Below, piece after piece: positions 30,767 to 41,033 of a stretch of DNA of 64,000 bases. The notes below the pieces were generated by a model, which saw only the letters and a list, made by a program, of their open reading frames with translations, ran no database searches and was not told the DNA's origin. Made by a program: the position numbers and the translations under genes. The stretch spans positions 32,001 through 96,000 of the forward strand of contig JAQBUT010000002.1 in assembly GCA_027623195.1 (NCBI GenBank), read 5' to 3'. Position 1 is the stretch's first letter, and each line of letters begins with the position of its first letter. Origin of the DNA: Chloroflexota bacterium (lineage in GTDB: Bacteria; Chloroflexota; Dehalococcoidia; Lucifugimonadales; JADFKI01).

Positions 30767-30795
30767 ATTGTAAAACGATTAGGCTCCATGTTCAA
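30767..30795 (-). promoter_or_regulatory. putative sigma70 promoter for the pyr operon
   Basis: TTGAAC-N17-TACAAT on the minus strand, upstream of the PyrR loop. Confidence 0.6.
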
Positions 30796-30905
30796 GTCAA
30801 TTCCCTTCGAATTTGACTTGGAAACGCTCGCGACGAATCCTGCCCTGCTAGCACAACGCCGGGAGGGAATAATTTAAGGTAGGCGAACAACCGGGAATAT
30901 CAACC

Positions 30906-30935
30906 TTGACGCACTCTCCGGCGAAATACTAGAAT
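30906..30935 (+). promoter_or_regulatory. putative sigma70 promoter for NUDIX-GNAT
   Basis: TTGACG-N18-TAGAAT. Confidence 0.55.
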
Positions 30936-31072
30936 GGTTTTCGAGTCGCTCTTTATGGGCTGCACAGGCCGCTACGACGCGTTTCGGACCAGATCAGAGG
31001 ATCGTGCGCAACTCATAGGAGCAAATAAAAGGCAGGTTTTCAATCCAAAAAAAGAGAGGCGTCTTAGACCTG

Positions 31073-31498
31073 ATGTCGGCGGGTGGTGTGGTTTATCGCA
31101 TGGGCGATACCGGCGTAGAAGTGGTAATCTGCGGGAGGACGACCCCTGCCCTCTGGGGCCTGCCCAAGGGCACTCCAGAACAGAGTGAGACCCGTGAGGA
31201 GACCGCGCTTCGTGAAGTAAATGAAGAGACAGGTCTCGAGATATCCATAGAGCGGTATATAGGCAGCATAGAGTACTGGTTTAACCTTCCCAACGATGGC
31301 GTGCGCTGCCGAAAGAATGTGCATTACTACCTGATGAACCCCACCGGGGGCGATGTTTCGCTGCACGACCATGAGTTCGATTACGTGCGGTGGCTTTCTG
31401 CCGAGGACGCCGTTAGGATGCTTACGTACCAGAACGAGGTCGGAATAGTTGAGGATGCCCTTTCCCTGGTGGTCTCGAAGAAGTCCCAAACCAGCTGA
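31073..31498 (+). CDS. NUDIX hydrolase (Ap4A hydrolase / MutT-like)
   Basis: SAGGVV, WGLPKG......E.ALREVNEETG; start uncertain. Confidence 0.9.
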   Translation: MSAGGVVYRMGDTGVEVVICGRTTPALWGLPKGTPEQSETREETALREVNEETGLEISIERYIGSIEYWFNLPNDGVRCRKNVHYYLMNPTGGDVSLHDHEFDYVRWLSAEDAVRMLTYQNEVGIVEDALSLVVSKKSQTS

Positions 31499-32117
31499 GA
31501 AGGTGCACTTGAGGGGCAAACGGATCATCCTACGTGAAAAGCGCGCTGAAGATGCGCCGGACGACTACGCCTGGCGCGTAGACGAGGAGCTGGCTCGACT
31601 GGATGCCACCAGGCCCATCAGCATGTCCTTCGAAGACTTCCAGCGATACTCACAAGATGAGATAGGCTATCCCAGCCCGCGCTCGAAGCGTTTCGGCGTG
31701 GACACTCCCGATGGCGTTCACATCGGCAACTGCATGTACTACGACATCGACTTGCGCAATGGCGAGACCGAGCTAGGCATCATGATCGGCAATCGCGAAT
31801 ACTGGAGCAAGGGCTACGGTCGCGATACGGTCAACACCCTCCTCGACTACATCTTCACCAACACAACCATGACCCGCGTGTACCTACATACGCTGGAGTG
31901 GAATAATCGGGCGCGGCGATCCTTCGCACAGTCCGGATTCCGCGAGCTCAAAAAGGTCCGGCGCAGCGGCCTGGACTTCGTGCAAATGGAGATCATGCGC
32001 ACCGAGTGGGAGCATATGCGTCAGGAAGAGCAGCAGCAGATGCTGGCCACTCAGGCCGAGGCCGACGACCACGACGCTAGTCTGGATGCCGACGCAGGCG
32101 ACGCCTCAGGGGAGTAG
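31455..32117 (+). CDS. GNAT N-acetyltransferase (RimJ/RimL type)
   Basis: HIGNCMYY, ELGIMIG...YWSKGYG, N.RARRSF...GF. Confidence 0.9.
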   Translation: MPFPWWSRRSPKPAEKVHLRGKRIILREKRAEDAPDDYAWRVDEELARLDATRPISMSFEDFQRYSQDEIGYPSPRSKRFGVDTPDGVHIGNCMYYDIDLRNGETELGIMIGNREYWSKGYGRDTVNTLLDYIFTNTTMTRVYLHTLEWNNRARRSFAQSGFRELKKVRRSGLDFVQMEIMRTEWEHMRQEEQQQMLATQAEADDHDASLDADAGDASGE

Positions 32118-32430
32118 CTTCCCCCTTTGTAGACTCGCAAGGCCCACCATCCCAACAAAACGGCTGATCCCTATTCTCCCCAAACCTCTGCTCTTTTCTG
32201 CCTCAAATGTCTTCTATGCGAAATCTAAGAAAAGTATAAGAAAATACCATAAACACCTTGCGCGACTTTTCCAGGCTTCGGTACTCTTCCCTCAGTAATG
32301 TGCGGTAGCGTCCCTAACGGGTACTTCACCACACATTATCTTTTCAAGCAACTTCTGCAACCGCGGTGCCTCGGATTTCGTGTGGCACGCGGATTGAGAA
32401 GAATACGGCGGAGTTGGGTCAGGAGGGTTC

Positions 32431-34407
32431 ATGAAGCTTGTTCGCGCAAGGGTAACCGACTTTAAATCCATCGATGACTCGGGTTGGGTGGACATTGACA
32501 ATGTCACCAGCATGGTGGGGAAGAACGAGTCCGGGAAAACGGCGTTCCTTGGGGCGTTGAAGCGTCTAAATCCTGTGGATGGGAAAGAAGCATTCGACCT
32601 CAAGGACTATCCACGTAAGGGTTATGTGCGGTACAAGAAGACCCACAAGGACAAGCCCGCCATCGCACTGACGGCTGAGTTCCAATTGTCCGATACGGAG
32701 TTGGAAAAGATCGAAGCTGACCTTGGACAGAAGGTGCTCAAGTCCACGTTGGTCACTGTCTCCAAGGACTACAATAACGACTTCTTCTGGGACTTTGAGG
32801 TCGATGAGAAGGCCATTGTTCAGAACATCTTGGGCAACGCCGGGTTGCCGCCTGAGATTCAACAGCACGCGGAGACGGCGCAGAACTGCGCAGAACTCGC
32901 CGCGAAGCTGGAGGCTCTGGACGTCAAGCCTGCCTCAGTTCAATCGTTGCTCAAGGACATCTCAGAAAAATTCAAGAGCGACGTCGGCGAGCAGTTAGTA
33001 GAAAAATATCTTCAGAAATTCCTGCCCAAATTCGTCTACTTCGACGAATACAGCACTATGCGGGGGCGTATCTCAATTCAGGATGTGCGCCATCGCCAGG
33101 AAAAGGGCGAGGAACTGGACGATTCCGACCGGACTTTCTTGTCTCTGCTTGGCCTGGTTGGGGTAGACTTGAAGGATCTGGAAAACCAGACCAGTTACGA
33201 GTATTTGAAGGCAGAGTTGGAGTCGGCCTCCATTGGCATCTCCGACGAAATTTTCGAGTACTGGAACCAGAATAAGCAGTTGCGGGTTGAGTTCGACCTC
33301 TCCCCTGCTAACCCTAACGACACGCCGCCTCTGAACGCAGGCACTATCCTGCACGTCAGGATTTGGAACAACCGCCATAGGGTGTCGGTTCCTTTCGACG
33401 AAAGGTCCAAGGGTTTCGTGTGGTTCTTCTCCTTCCTGGCCTACTTCTCGCAGGTCGAGGAGGAAGAGGAGGGCGACCTGGTGCTTTTGCTGGACGAGCC
33501 TGGTCTGAACCTTCACGCCATGGCCCAGCACGACTTCCTGCGCTTCATTGAGGAGCGCCTGGCCCTGAAGCACCAGGTTATTTACACAACGCACTCGCCG
33601 TTCATGATCAACCTGAAGCATCTGGACCGTATCCGCACAGTGCAGGATATAGACGACAGGGGCACGGTAATCAACGGCGATACGCTTAGCAACGATATGG
33701 AGACGGTGTTCCCGCTGCAGGTGGCCCTGGGCCACAGGCTGGCGAACACGCTGTTCCTTGCGCCGCACTGCCTGATGGTAAATTCGGCTTCGGACCTGAT
33801 CTACCTGCAAATTCTTGGCGAGTTGTGCGCCTCCAAGGGCCATCAGCGCCTGGACCCGAGATGGGTGGTCATACCGGTTGGCGGAGCGGACAACCTGCCG
33901 ACCTTCGTCTCTCTGCTTGGCGAGAACTACGTCAGCGTAGCGGTGCTGATGGACGTTACGCCGAAGAACAAGGAGAAGATGGAGGCCATAAATCGCAACG
34001 GCGTTATCGACCGCAACAACCCCATAAAGTGGGTTGAGGTGGCCAAGATCAGGACAGCCGACATCGAGGACATTCTGGACCCTATGTTCTACCTCAAGTT
34101 GGTGAACGAGTCCTACGCCGGCGAACTCCCTGCCACTTTGACAATGAAGGCCATAACCGAGAGCGATCCTCGGATCGCGCACCGGCTGGCTGCCCACTTC
34201 GAAAGCGAGGGCATTGCTGGCGGGAATTTCGATACGTATCGGCCGGCATCGTACCTGTTGCAGAAGCACGCTCTACTGCGCAGCGAGATCGACGCGGAAA
34301 CTATCGAGAAGGCAGCGTCCATGTTCGAGCGTATCAACGCAATGCTCCCATCCGACGGCATGACCTCAAAGGGAGTCAATGGCAAATCGGTGGCTGCCAG
34401 GACTTAG
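32431..34407 (+). CDS. OLD-like ABC ATPase with C-terminal TOPRIM-like domain
   Basis: DFKSI.DS, GKNESGKT, RSKGFVWFFSF, LLDEPGLNLH, TTHSPF; C-terminal region with VIPVGGAD and DIED. Confidence 0.85.
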   Translation: MKLVRARVTDFKSIDDSGWVDIDNVTSMVGKNESGKTAFLGALKRLNPVDGKEAFDLKDYPRKGYVRYKKTHKDKPAIALTAEFQLSDTELEKIEADLGQKVLKSTLVTVSKDYNNDFFWDFEVDEKAIVQNILGNAGLPPEIQQHAETAQNCAELAAKLEALDVKPASVQSLLKDISEKFKSDVGEQLVEKYLQKFLPKFVYFDEYSTMRGRISIQDVRHRQEKGEELDDSDRTFLSLLGLVGVDLKDLENQTSYEYLKAELESASIGISDEIFEYWNQNKQLRVEFDLSPANPNDTPPLNAGTILHVRIWNNRHRVSVPFDERSKGFVWFFSFLAYFSQVEEEEEGDLVLLLDEPGLNLHAMAQHDFLRFIEERLALKHQVIYTTHSPFMINLKHLDRIRTVQDIDDRGTVINGDTLSNDMETVFPLQVALGHRLANTLFLAPHCLMVNSASDLIYLQILGELCASKGHQRLDPRWVVIPVGGADNLPTFVSLLGENYVSVAVLMDVTPKNKEKMEAINRNGVIDRNNPIKWVEVAKIRTADIEDILDPMFYLKLVNESYAGELPATLTMKAITESDPRIAHRLAAHFESEGIAGGNFDTYRPASYLLQKHALLRSEIDAETIEKAASMFERINAMLPSDGMTSKGVNGKSVAART

Positions 34408-34435
34408 TCCAAGCCGCTGACAACTGGGCCATCAT

Positions 34436-34470
34436 AACAGGGGGGAGGCATTTGCCTCCCCCCTGTTTAT
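34436..34470. terminator. bidirectional intrinsic terminator
   Basis: AACAGGGGGGAGGCA / TGCCTCCCCCCTGTT stem between convergent genes. Confidence 0.85.
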
Positions 34471-34509
34471 TTGTTCCGTACCTGGTTTTGTAACTTAACG
34501 CGTTGTCTG

Positions 34510-37251
34510 CTACTTAATGGAAATATTGCCTCCCCCGATGGCAGTGCCTGCTTCGGAATCGTCAGGCTCCCCTATCCGGTTGTCGTAAACCACCGCGTCG
34601 CCGTCGTCCATGTCCCATATCTTGATGCGGAACAGATCGGTTGTAGCGCTGGCCGTAAGGTTAGCGTCAGTGGCCGTTATCATGAATCCGTAATTGCCGC
34701 CACCGTTAATAGTCCCGGCACCTTTGAACTTGGCGTTCGCGCCTGCTACCACCAGCCAGTCATAGGAGCCCGAATGAAAATTGAGGCCTCCTGCCTTGAA
34801 CTGGAATTCCGTCTGTCCTGTGGGCACGTTGGCGCCCTTCTTGTATTTCGACACGAAGCCAAAATTCGCTTTGCCTGTCAGCGATGGGTCAGCCACGTAC
34901 GCGCCCAAATGTGAGTTGATCCAGCCGCCGCCCGTGACGAAGCCGTTTGAGGGGTCGTAGGCCACCACAAACTGGTATGTAGAGGAATCTGACGCCCCGT
35001 CATTGTCGGTCACGGTGACGTTAAGAGTGTATACGCCGGGCGTTGAGTAGGCATGAGTGGCATCTGTTGTTCCTACGCCGCCTGCCTCTGTGACGAAGCA
35101 ATCCAGGTCAACCGAGGTGTCGCACTGGCTGCCGTCGCCCCAGTCCCAAACCGCTGTGTGAACATCCAGCACACCAGGGTCGCTGAGCGGCGCGCTGACG
35201 TTGACAGATGCTCCAATCTCTACCGGGTCCATTGGAGCTGTGATGGAACCAACGCTAGGTGCGACGTTGTTCACCGTGAGGTCGAACGTCGTCGTGCCCA
35301 TGCCGCCGTTGCTGTCGTCGCCCGTGATTGTAACCGTTTGTGATTCACTGGGCCCGTCGCTAGTAGCGAGGCCCCAGGACCATGTGCCACCACCGTCATT
35401 GGTTACGGAGCCGACGGAGGCGTTCAGTGTAACGATATCGCCGTCGACATCGCCGAACGTGCCCGAATTGGCTGCGTTTTGTCCCTCGTCTACCGACACC
35501 GTCGCGTTATCAGCGGTTAGTACCGGGGCGTCGTTCACCGGGTTCACGGTGATGGTAACCGTAGCCACGCTGGAGTCTAGCTCTCCGTCGTTAACGAGAT
35601 ATGTTAAAGCGTCTGTTCCATTGAAATTTGTCCCCGGCGTGTATGAGAATGAGCCATCCGAGTTGAGCATCAAGGCGCCGCTGGAAGGCCCGCTCACCAG
35701 CGATGTTGATAAAGAGTCGTTCTCTGAGTCCGTGTCGTTGGCCAACACACCTGGAGCGGCCACGTTTAGAACATTATCTTCATCTACAGAGTAAGTATCA
35801 TCGTTGGCCACCGGTACCGTGTTAGCCGGTAGCACCGGATCCCCCACCGCGAAGACTTCGTTGGTGGACCTGCTGATTACGTAGTACCGGGCCAACTGCG
35901 GAACTGTGTCGATCTGCCCCGGATATCCGAAACCGCTGAGAAGCTCCAGCGTCTCCGTTGCCCGCCAACCAGCGCCGTTGTCCTTGGCCAATCTCACCAG
36001 CGATAAGCCGGAGTTCTGGCCGCCGCCGGTTGCGTTGCGGTTCTGAGCCGCTAAGACGGAGTCTCCGTTTACCGACTCTGTCGCATATCCGAAACCTGGA
36101 GTACCAAGGGTTTGCAGATTTGCCATGGTGAAGGGATCCAGCACATAGGCGTTCTGAGATATGGAAGAGTCGCCAACCAGTAGCAGAACGCGGCAGCCTA
36201 CTGGCGCCTTGGTGTAGTGGATGAAACTTCCGGCATCCCCGAAGGTAAATGCCCCCAGGGTAGCCCCGCTGAAAGCATCATAGCCGTAGGCTGTGTCTCC
36301 TGAAGGGGAATCTGTCTTCTGTCCGTAGTGCCTTAAGCCATCCCAACTCACGTCACCGAGTCCAGTCGAGTCGCCACCGAAGGCTACGTTGCCGATGACC
36401 ATGTTGTCGCTGGTTCGTATTACCAGCCAACCTCTGCGTCCGGAGGCTATGACGTGAGCTGAATTCTCCTCTGGGACATCAATTTCATGAAATCCTTTAG
36501 CGGAGTCATCTATGTGCGTGATTGCCATAAAGGAAGAGATGTCAATCACAGTAACTCTGCCGACTGTTGCTGAGGCTCCGGATACTACATAAAGCCTGCT
36601 GCCGTCGGGCAGTACGTCTGTGTCCAGAATCGTCATGCCCGATGTCAGGGCTGGTGTGTAGGTTCGAAGCACAGCGTGGTTAGCCGTGCTGATCTCGTAG
36701 ACAATGTATTCGTCAGAGACGTATAAGCGGCTGCCGTCCGGGTGAGCTACCAGCGAGCGCAGGTTTCCTGTTCCCGGATTCGGAATCGTCGCTATTAGCT
36801 GCATGGGAAGGCTCTGCCAGTCTGCCCCGAATTCAAAGCTGGGACTGCCCGGCGTTGTGTTAGTCTGTCCCGTGCCGTCGGCGTTCATAACGAACATGTC
36901 GCCGTTGTTATCGTTCCGGTTGCTGTCGAACACGATTTGCAGTCCGTCTGGAGACCAGTCCGGTCGGCCATCTGAAGTCACGAGATTCGTGAGCGCCGTT
37001 TGTGCCTCCCCGTCGGCATCCATGACGAAAACGTCGCCATTGGGGTGCAAACGAGTGCTGGTAAAGGCGATTCGGCCGTTGTTGCCTGAGTAGGCCGCCT
37101 GCGCTGCAGGCAGGGCAGCGGTCCAATGCCAGGATGCGACAGTTGCCAGGAGCATGGCCAGGGCCAGGAATGACCGACGGAACGTCAGGCAACGGTGGCG
37201 GGCCCTTTGCTTGGATTGGCGGGCGTCTGTTTAGGGTGCGTTGAGTTTCAT
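34510..37251 (-). CDS. large secreted surface protein (TolB/PD40 repeats, beta-propeller, Ig-like Big_9, PKD, C-terminal beta domain); in-frame TAA at codon 7, so possibly a pseudogene
   Basis: RIAFTS..DVFVMDADG..PDWSPDG; PDGSRLYV x2; PVANDDTYSVDED; WDWGDG..HAYSTPGVY; GFVTGGGWI; the RBS-led ATG 37251 is in frame with the 881-aa ORF but followed by TAA at 37231-37233. Confidence 0.8.
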
Positions 37252-37576
37252 GGCTTTCTCCTTCGAACCAAACTTGGGTGCCAGAGTTGGCTTCGGCCCC
37301 TTTGTCTCGACACGTCGTGACGAAATGCCTCAGATATATGGGCCAGTTGAGAAAGCCATGTCATTTAGCTTAATAAATGCTGTCAATGGCCACACTTAAT
37401 GTTAAATTAACGACTGGTTGTCGTTATTACAGCCTTGAAATTGGAGAACCGCAAAGTTGTTATAATTTCAGCGAATATCGTCTGAGTTAGATGTTCCTGT
37501 GAGGCGATGTACGGCTGTGCTGAATTGCGGTACAGTTGAATGCGTCCCTTTAAATCGACATGCAATGAGTCTGTAA

Positions 37577-39034
37577 TTGACACAAACAAGCGATCAAGAT
37601 AGTTCACAAACTGGGGACGCTTTGACCTATCCCGAGGCTCTTGAACTGGTGATGGGGCTGGCCGACTTTGAGCGTTCCACGCACAGTCCAGGGCACTCCA
37701 AGTTTCACCTGGAGCGCATGACGCTTCTTATGGAGCGGCTCGGCAGCGTCCACCTCCTGGTTCCGACAGTGCATGTGGCGGGAACCAAAGGCAAGGGCAG
37801 CACCTCCGCCATGATTACCTCTATGCTCGCGGCTCATGGGTACAAGGTCGGGTTTTACTCCTCTCCGCACCTCCACAGTGCAGTAGAGCGGATCAGAGTG
37901 GGGCAGGAACCCATTAGCCAACAGGATTTCGCCGCAGTGGTGCAGCAGATCTGGCCCGTATTCGAAGACATTGGGTTGAACGGAGGCTACGGCCCAGCCA
38001 CAACCTTCGAGGCCTTGACCGCCATGGCCTTCGTCCATTTCCACAACGTAGGTGTGGATTTCCAGGTGATGGAGGTTGGTCTGGGCGGCAGACTGGACTC
38101 CACCAATATAGTTTCCCCCGAGGTCTGCGTAATCACTTCAATCAGCCTGGACCATATGGCCACGCTGGGTGACACAATCGAGGAAATTGCGCTGGAAAAG
38201 GCAGGAATTATCAAGCCGGGGGTTCCCGTGGTGGTTGCGCCCCAGCAGGATGAGGTCATGGCGGTGTTCAGGCAAGTGGCCAAGGAGCGCGGTTCTCCCC
38301 TCGTTTCTGTGCAGGATAACCTAAAGTGGAATGAGACCGGCATGGGGGCCATTGGGCAGAGATTGCAGCTGTCGGGCCTGCGAGGCAAATACGACCTGGA
38401 GATGCCTTTACTGGGGGAATACCAGTTGGAAAACACAGCGACGGCCGTAGCCGCTGTAGAGACTTTGGCTACAAGGTTGCCTGCCGTGGACGCAATTTTA
38501 TCCGAGAATTGTATCGGCCAAGGGTTAAGAAATGTTCAGTGGCCTGCTAGACTAGAAGTAGTGTCAGGTGAATATGGCTTGGAATCCCAAATAGTGGTGG
38601 ACGGCGCGCACAATCCCTACTCGATCAGTCGACTAGTTGAAGCGCTGCCCAAGTACTTTAAATACGACAAAGTGTTGCTGGTTTTCGGCGCATTGGGCGG
38701 CCATAGTGCCAGGGACATGATAAAAGAGCTGGCGGTACTAGAACCGACCGTTTATGCGGCCCGCTCCAGGCATCCGCGCTCTTCCACCGGCAGTGACATT
38801 GCCGAAATTGCTATGGAAGAAGGCATGAAAGTAGCCTTCCATGGGGAGACCGTTGAGGAGGCGCTGAGGCCTGCCATCAAGGCGGCTGGCCCATGTGATC
38901 TGGTGTTGGGTACGGGTTCCCTGTCCGTCGCTGCCGAAATCAGAGAAGAGATTCTGGGTATTCCACCCGAACGCTACCCTAACATGAAGCCGGTAAATGC
39001 AGACGTTAACTCTCGAAACAAAGGCCCCGGGTAA
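37577..39034 (+). CDS. folC: folylpolyglutamate synthase / dihydrofolate synthase
   Basis: HVAGTKGKGST, SPHL...ERI, EVGLGGRLDSTN, EKAGIIKPG, DGAHN. Confidence 0.95.
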   Translation: MTQTSDQDSSQTGDALTYPEALELVMGLADFERSTHSPGHSKFHLERMTLLMERLGSVHLLVPTVHVAGTKGKGSTSAMITSMLAAHGYKVGFYSSPHLHSAVERIRVGQEPISQQDFAAVVQQIWPVFEDIGLNGGYGPATTFEALTAMAFVHFHNVGVDFQVMEVGLGGRLDSTNIVSPEVCVITSISLDHMATLGDTIEEIALEKAGIIKPGVPVVVAPQQDEVMAVFRQVAKERGSPLVSVQDNLKWNETGMGAIGQRLQLSGLRGKYDLEMPLLGEYQLENTATAVAAVETLATRLPAVDAILSENCIGQGLRNVQWPARLEVVSGEYGLESQIVVDGAHNPYSISRLVEALPKYFKYDKVLLVFGALGGHSARDMIKELAVLEPTVYAARSRHPRSSTGSDIAEIAMEEGMKVAFHGETVEEALRPAIKAAGPCDLVLGTGSLSVAAEIREEILGIPPERYPNMKPVNADVNSRNKGPG

Positions 39035-39062
39035 TCTCTGAATTAAGTCCAAGAGGTAATTA

Positions 39063-40313
39063 ATGGTCAACGGAAGAAAAAGAGTCGTAGTGACTGGCAT
39101 GGGGGCTGTTACTCCTCTTGGCGCCTCGGTGGAGGATTACTGGTCAAGCCTGATCGCGGGAAAGTCTGGCGTACGTCCTATGAGGCTGGTCGATCCTACC
39201 GATTACCCCTGTAAGGTCTCTGGAGAGGTCCCCAACTTCGATCCGGGGCAGTACGTTAATCCTAAAGAGGCCCGGCGTATGGCCCGATTCACGCAGTTGG
39301 CCGTGGCTGCCGCTGCATTGGCCATCGAAGATGCCGATCTGAACATGTCCAAAGAGAACCCGGAAAGATTGGGCGTTGTCATGGGCAACGGCAACGGAGG
39401 CTTTCCTACTATGGAGGATGGGGCTCGGGTTCTGATCGAGCGAGGTGGCATGAAGATGAGTCCGTTCTTCATCCCAATGATTCTTCCGAACATGGCCGCC
39501 GCTAACGTAAGCCGATTATTCGGCCTGAAAGGCTACACTTCAACGGTGATAACCGCCTGCGCAGCCGGTAATCAGGGCATCGGCGAAGGCACCGAAGCTA
39601 TTCGCAGAGGTGCGGCCGATGTCATATTAGCCGGCGGCTGTGAGGCTGGCATATGTGAGCTGGGACTGGGCGGTTTCAACGTCATTAAAGCGCTTTCCCG
39701 CCGCGAGGGAGACCCAACGAAGGCCAGCAGGCCATTCGATGCTGGCAGGGATGGCTTCGTGCCTGCGGAAGGCGCTGGCATCCTGATGCTGGAGAGCCTG
39801 GAACACGCCATAGATCGCGGCGCCAATATCCTGGCCGAGATAGTCGGCTACGCTGTGTCTTCAGACGCCTTCCATGCCGTGCAGCCAGACGAAGACGGCT
39901 CCGGGGCGGCTCGCGCGATGAAGTGGGCTATCGAAAACGCAGGTCTAGAGCCGAAAGATATCGACTACATCAACGCTCATGGCACCTCGACTCCTATGAA
40001 TGACATGGTAGAGACCCTCGCAATCAAGAAGGCCTTCGGGGAGCAGGCGTACAAGGTGCCCATAAGCTCCACCAAGTCTATGACAGGCCATGCCTTGGGC
40101 GGAGCAGGAGCCATCGAGGCGGTGGCCTGTATCCAGTCCATTCTCAACAACCAGATACATCCGACTATCAATTACGAAACGCCGGACCCCCAGTGCGATC
40201 TGGATTACGTTCCCAACAAGGCCAGAAGCTTAGAAGTCAAAAATGTGCTTTCCAACAGCTTTGGCTTTGGCGGACAGAATGCGTGCGTGGTCTTTTCGGA
40301 ATTCGAAGAGTGA
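39063..40313 (+). CDS. fabF: beta-ketoacyl-ACP synthase II
   Basis: RVVVTGMG, TACAAG, ASRPFD..RDGFV, INAHGTST, KSMTGH, SNSFGFGGQN. Confidence 0.96.
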   Translation: MVNGRKRVVVTGMGAVTPLGASVEDYWSSLIAGKSGVRPMRLVDPTDYPCKVSGEVPNFDPGQYVNPKEARRMARFTQLAVAAAALAIEDADLNMSKENPERLGVVMGNGNGGFPTMEDGARVLIERGGMKMSPFFIPMILPNMAAANVSRLFGLKGYTSTVITACAAGNQGIGEGTEAIRRGAADVILAGGCEAGICELGLGGFNVIKALSRREGDPTKASRPFDAGRDGFVPAEGAGILMLESLEHAIDRGANILAEIVGYAVSSDAFHAVQPDEDGSGAARAMKWAIENAGLEPKDIDYINAHGTSTPMNDMVETLAIKKAFGEQAYKVPISSTKSMTGHALGGAGAIEAVACIQSILNNQIHPTINYETPDPQCDLDYVPNKARSLEVKNVLSNSFGFGGQNACVVFSEFEE

Positions 40314-40345
40314 GGTTCGGCGTACTTTCGGGAGTAATTTCCGGT

Positions 40346-40388
40346 AAATAAAAAGAGGGCGGAGTTTTAATCCGCCCTCTTTTTATTT
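40346..40388. terminator. bidirectional intrinsic terminator
   Basis: Perfect 18-bp inverted repeat AAATAAAAAGAGGGCGGA / TCCGCCCTCTTTTTATTT. Confidence 0.9.
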
Positions 40389-40414
40389 CTTGTGCTGACC
40401 AAAAGCTTGGGGTT

Positions 40415-40663
40415 TCAGGCTGTGACTGCCTTCTCATTGGTTACCATGTCTTCAAGAATGATCTGCATCGCCATGGTGTGGCTGCAAGTATCATGCCCTG
40501 CGAAGTAATTGCAGTTGCATTGCCAAGACCCCGACTCGTAGGAAATTTCGTGATCGTCATTGTCGCCTTTGAACGTAGCCTTGCACTGGGCAAATCTGAT
40601 GCGCTCAGGTTGAAGTGCGTAGTCCTTAGCTTTCTCGATTTTCCTCATGAGGCCTGAATCCAT
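40415..40663 (-). CDS. small SWIM zinc-finger protein
   Basis: WQCNCNYF....TCSH (CxC...CxH); AGGAGG RBS. Confidence 0.88.
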   Translation of the reverse strand: MDSGLMRKIEKAKDYALQPERIRFAQCKATFKGDNDDHEISYESGSWQCNCNYFAGHDTCSHTMAMQIILEDMVTNEKAVTA

Positions 40664-41008
40664 AAGCTTCCTCCTACCAAATTTTTATTACTTCACTGCC
40701 CGCATTTTACGATTTGAATCTCCCTCGTTAACGGCACCGCACGAAAGCCTTCTTTCAGCGGTTCCTGTTCCCTCATAGTACGACGAGTCGGACATCCCCG
40801 TCAACGTAGTAAAGGGTGAAATGGGCCAACTTAGTAGCGGTTTTGCTCTGATCTATTTAGCGGCCTGATCGACCACCTTGGGCAAGCGCACCTAACGCTT
40901 GAGGTAAACGATTCCAATACGACTTCCAAACAAGCCGGCCTGTATGATCGACAGGTTAGGGATTGAAATTGGGTCAGGCCTAGAAGCTCATTGAGTGGTC
41001 AGGCCGCC

Positions 41009-41033
41009 TAGAAAATTCGGTGGAGGATGAGGA
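41009..41033 (+). repeat. 25-nt direct repeat, copy 1 (5' element of secreted paralog 1)
   Basis: TAGAAAATTCGGTGGAGGATGAGGA is identical to 42772-42796. Confidence 0.9.

Noticed and set aside
31017..31073. Third non-canonical start (ATA at 31025 after AGGAG) for the NUDIX gene
   Set aside because: The SD spacing of 3 nt is short and the extension is not recognisably conserved; the start is left uncertain
33073..34269. Long antisense ORFs (398 aa here; also 3322-4074, 22851-23795, 49954-50706)
   Set aside because: They shadow well-supported genes on the opposite strand, as expected from GC-rich codon bias
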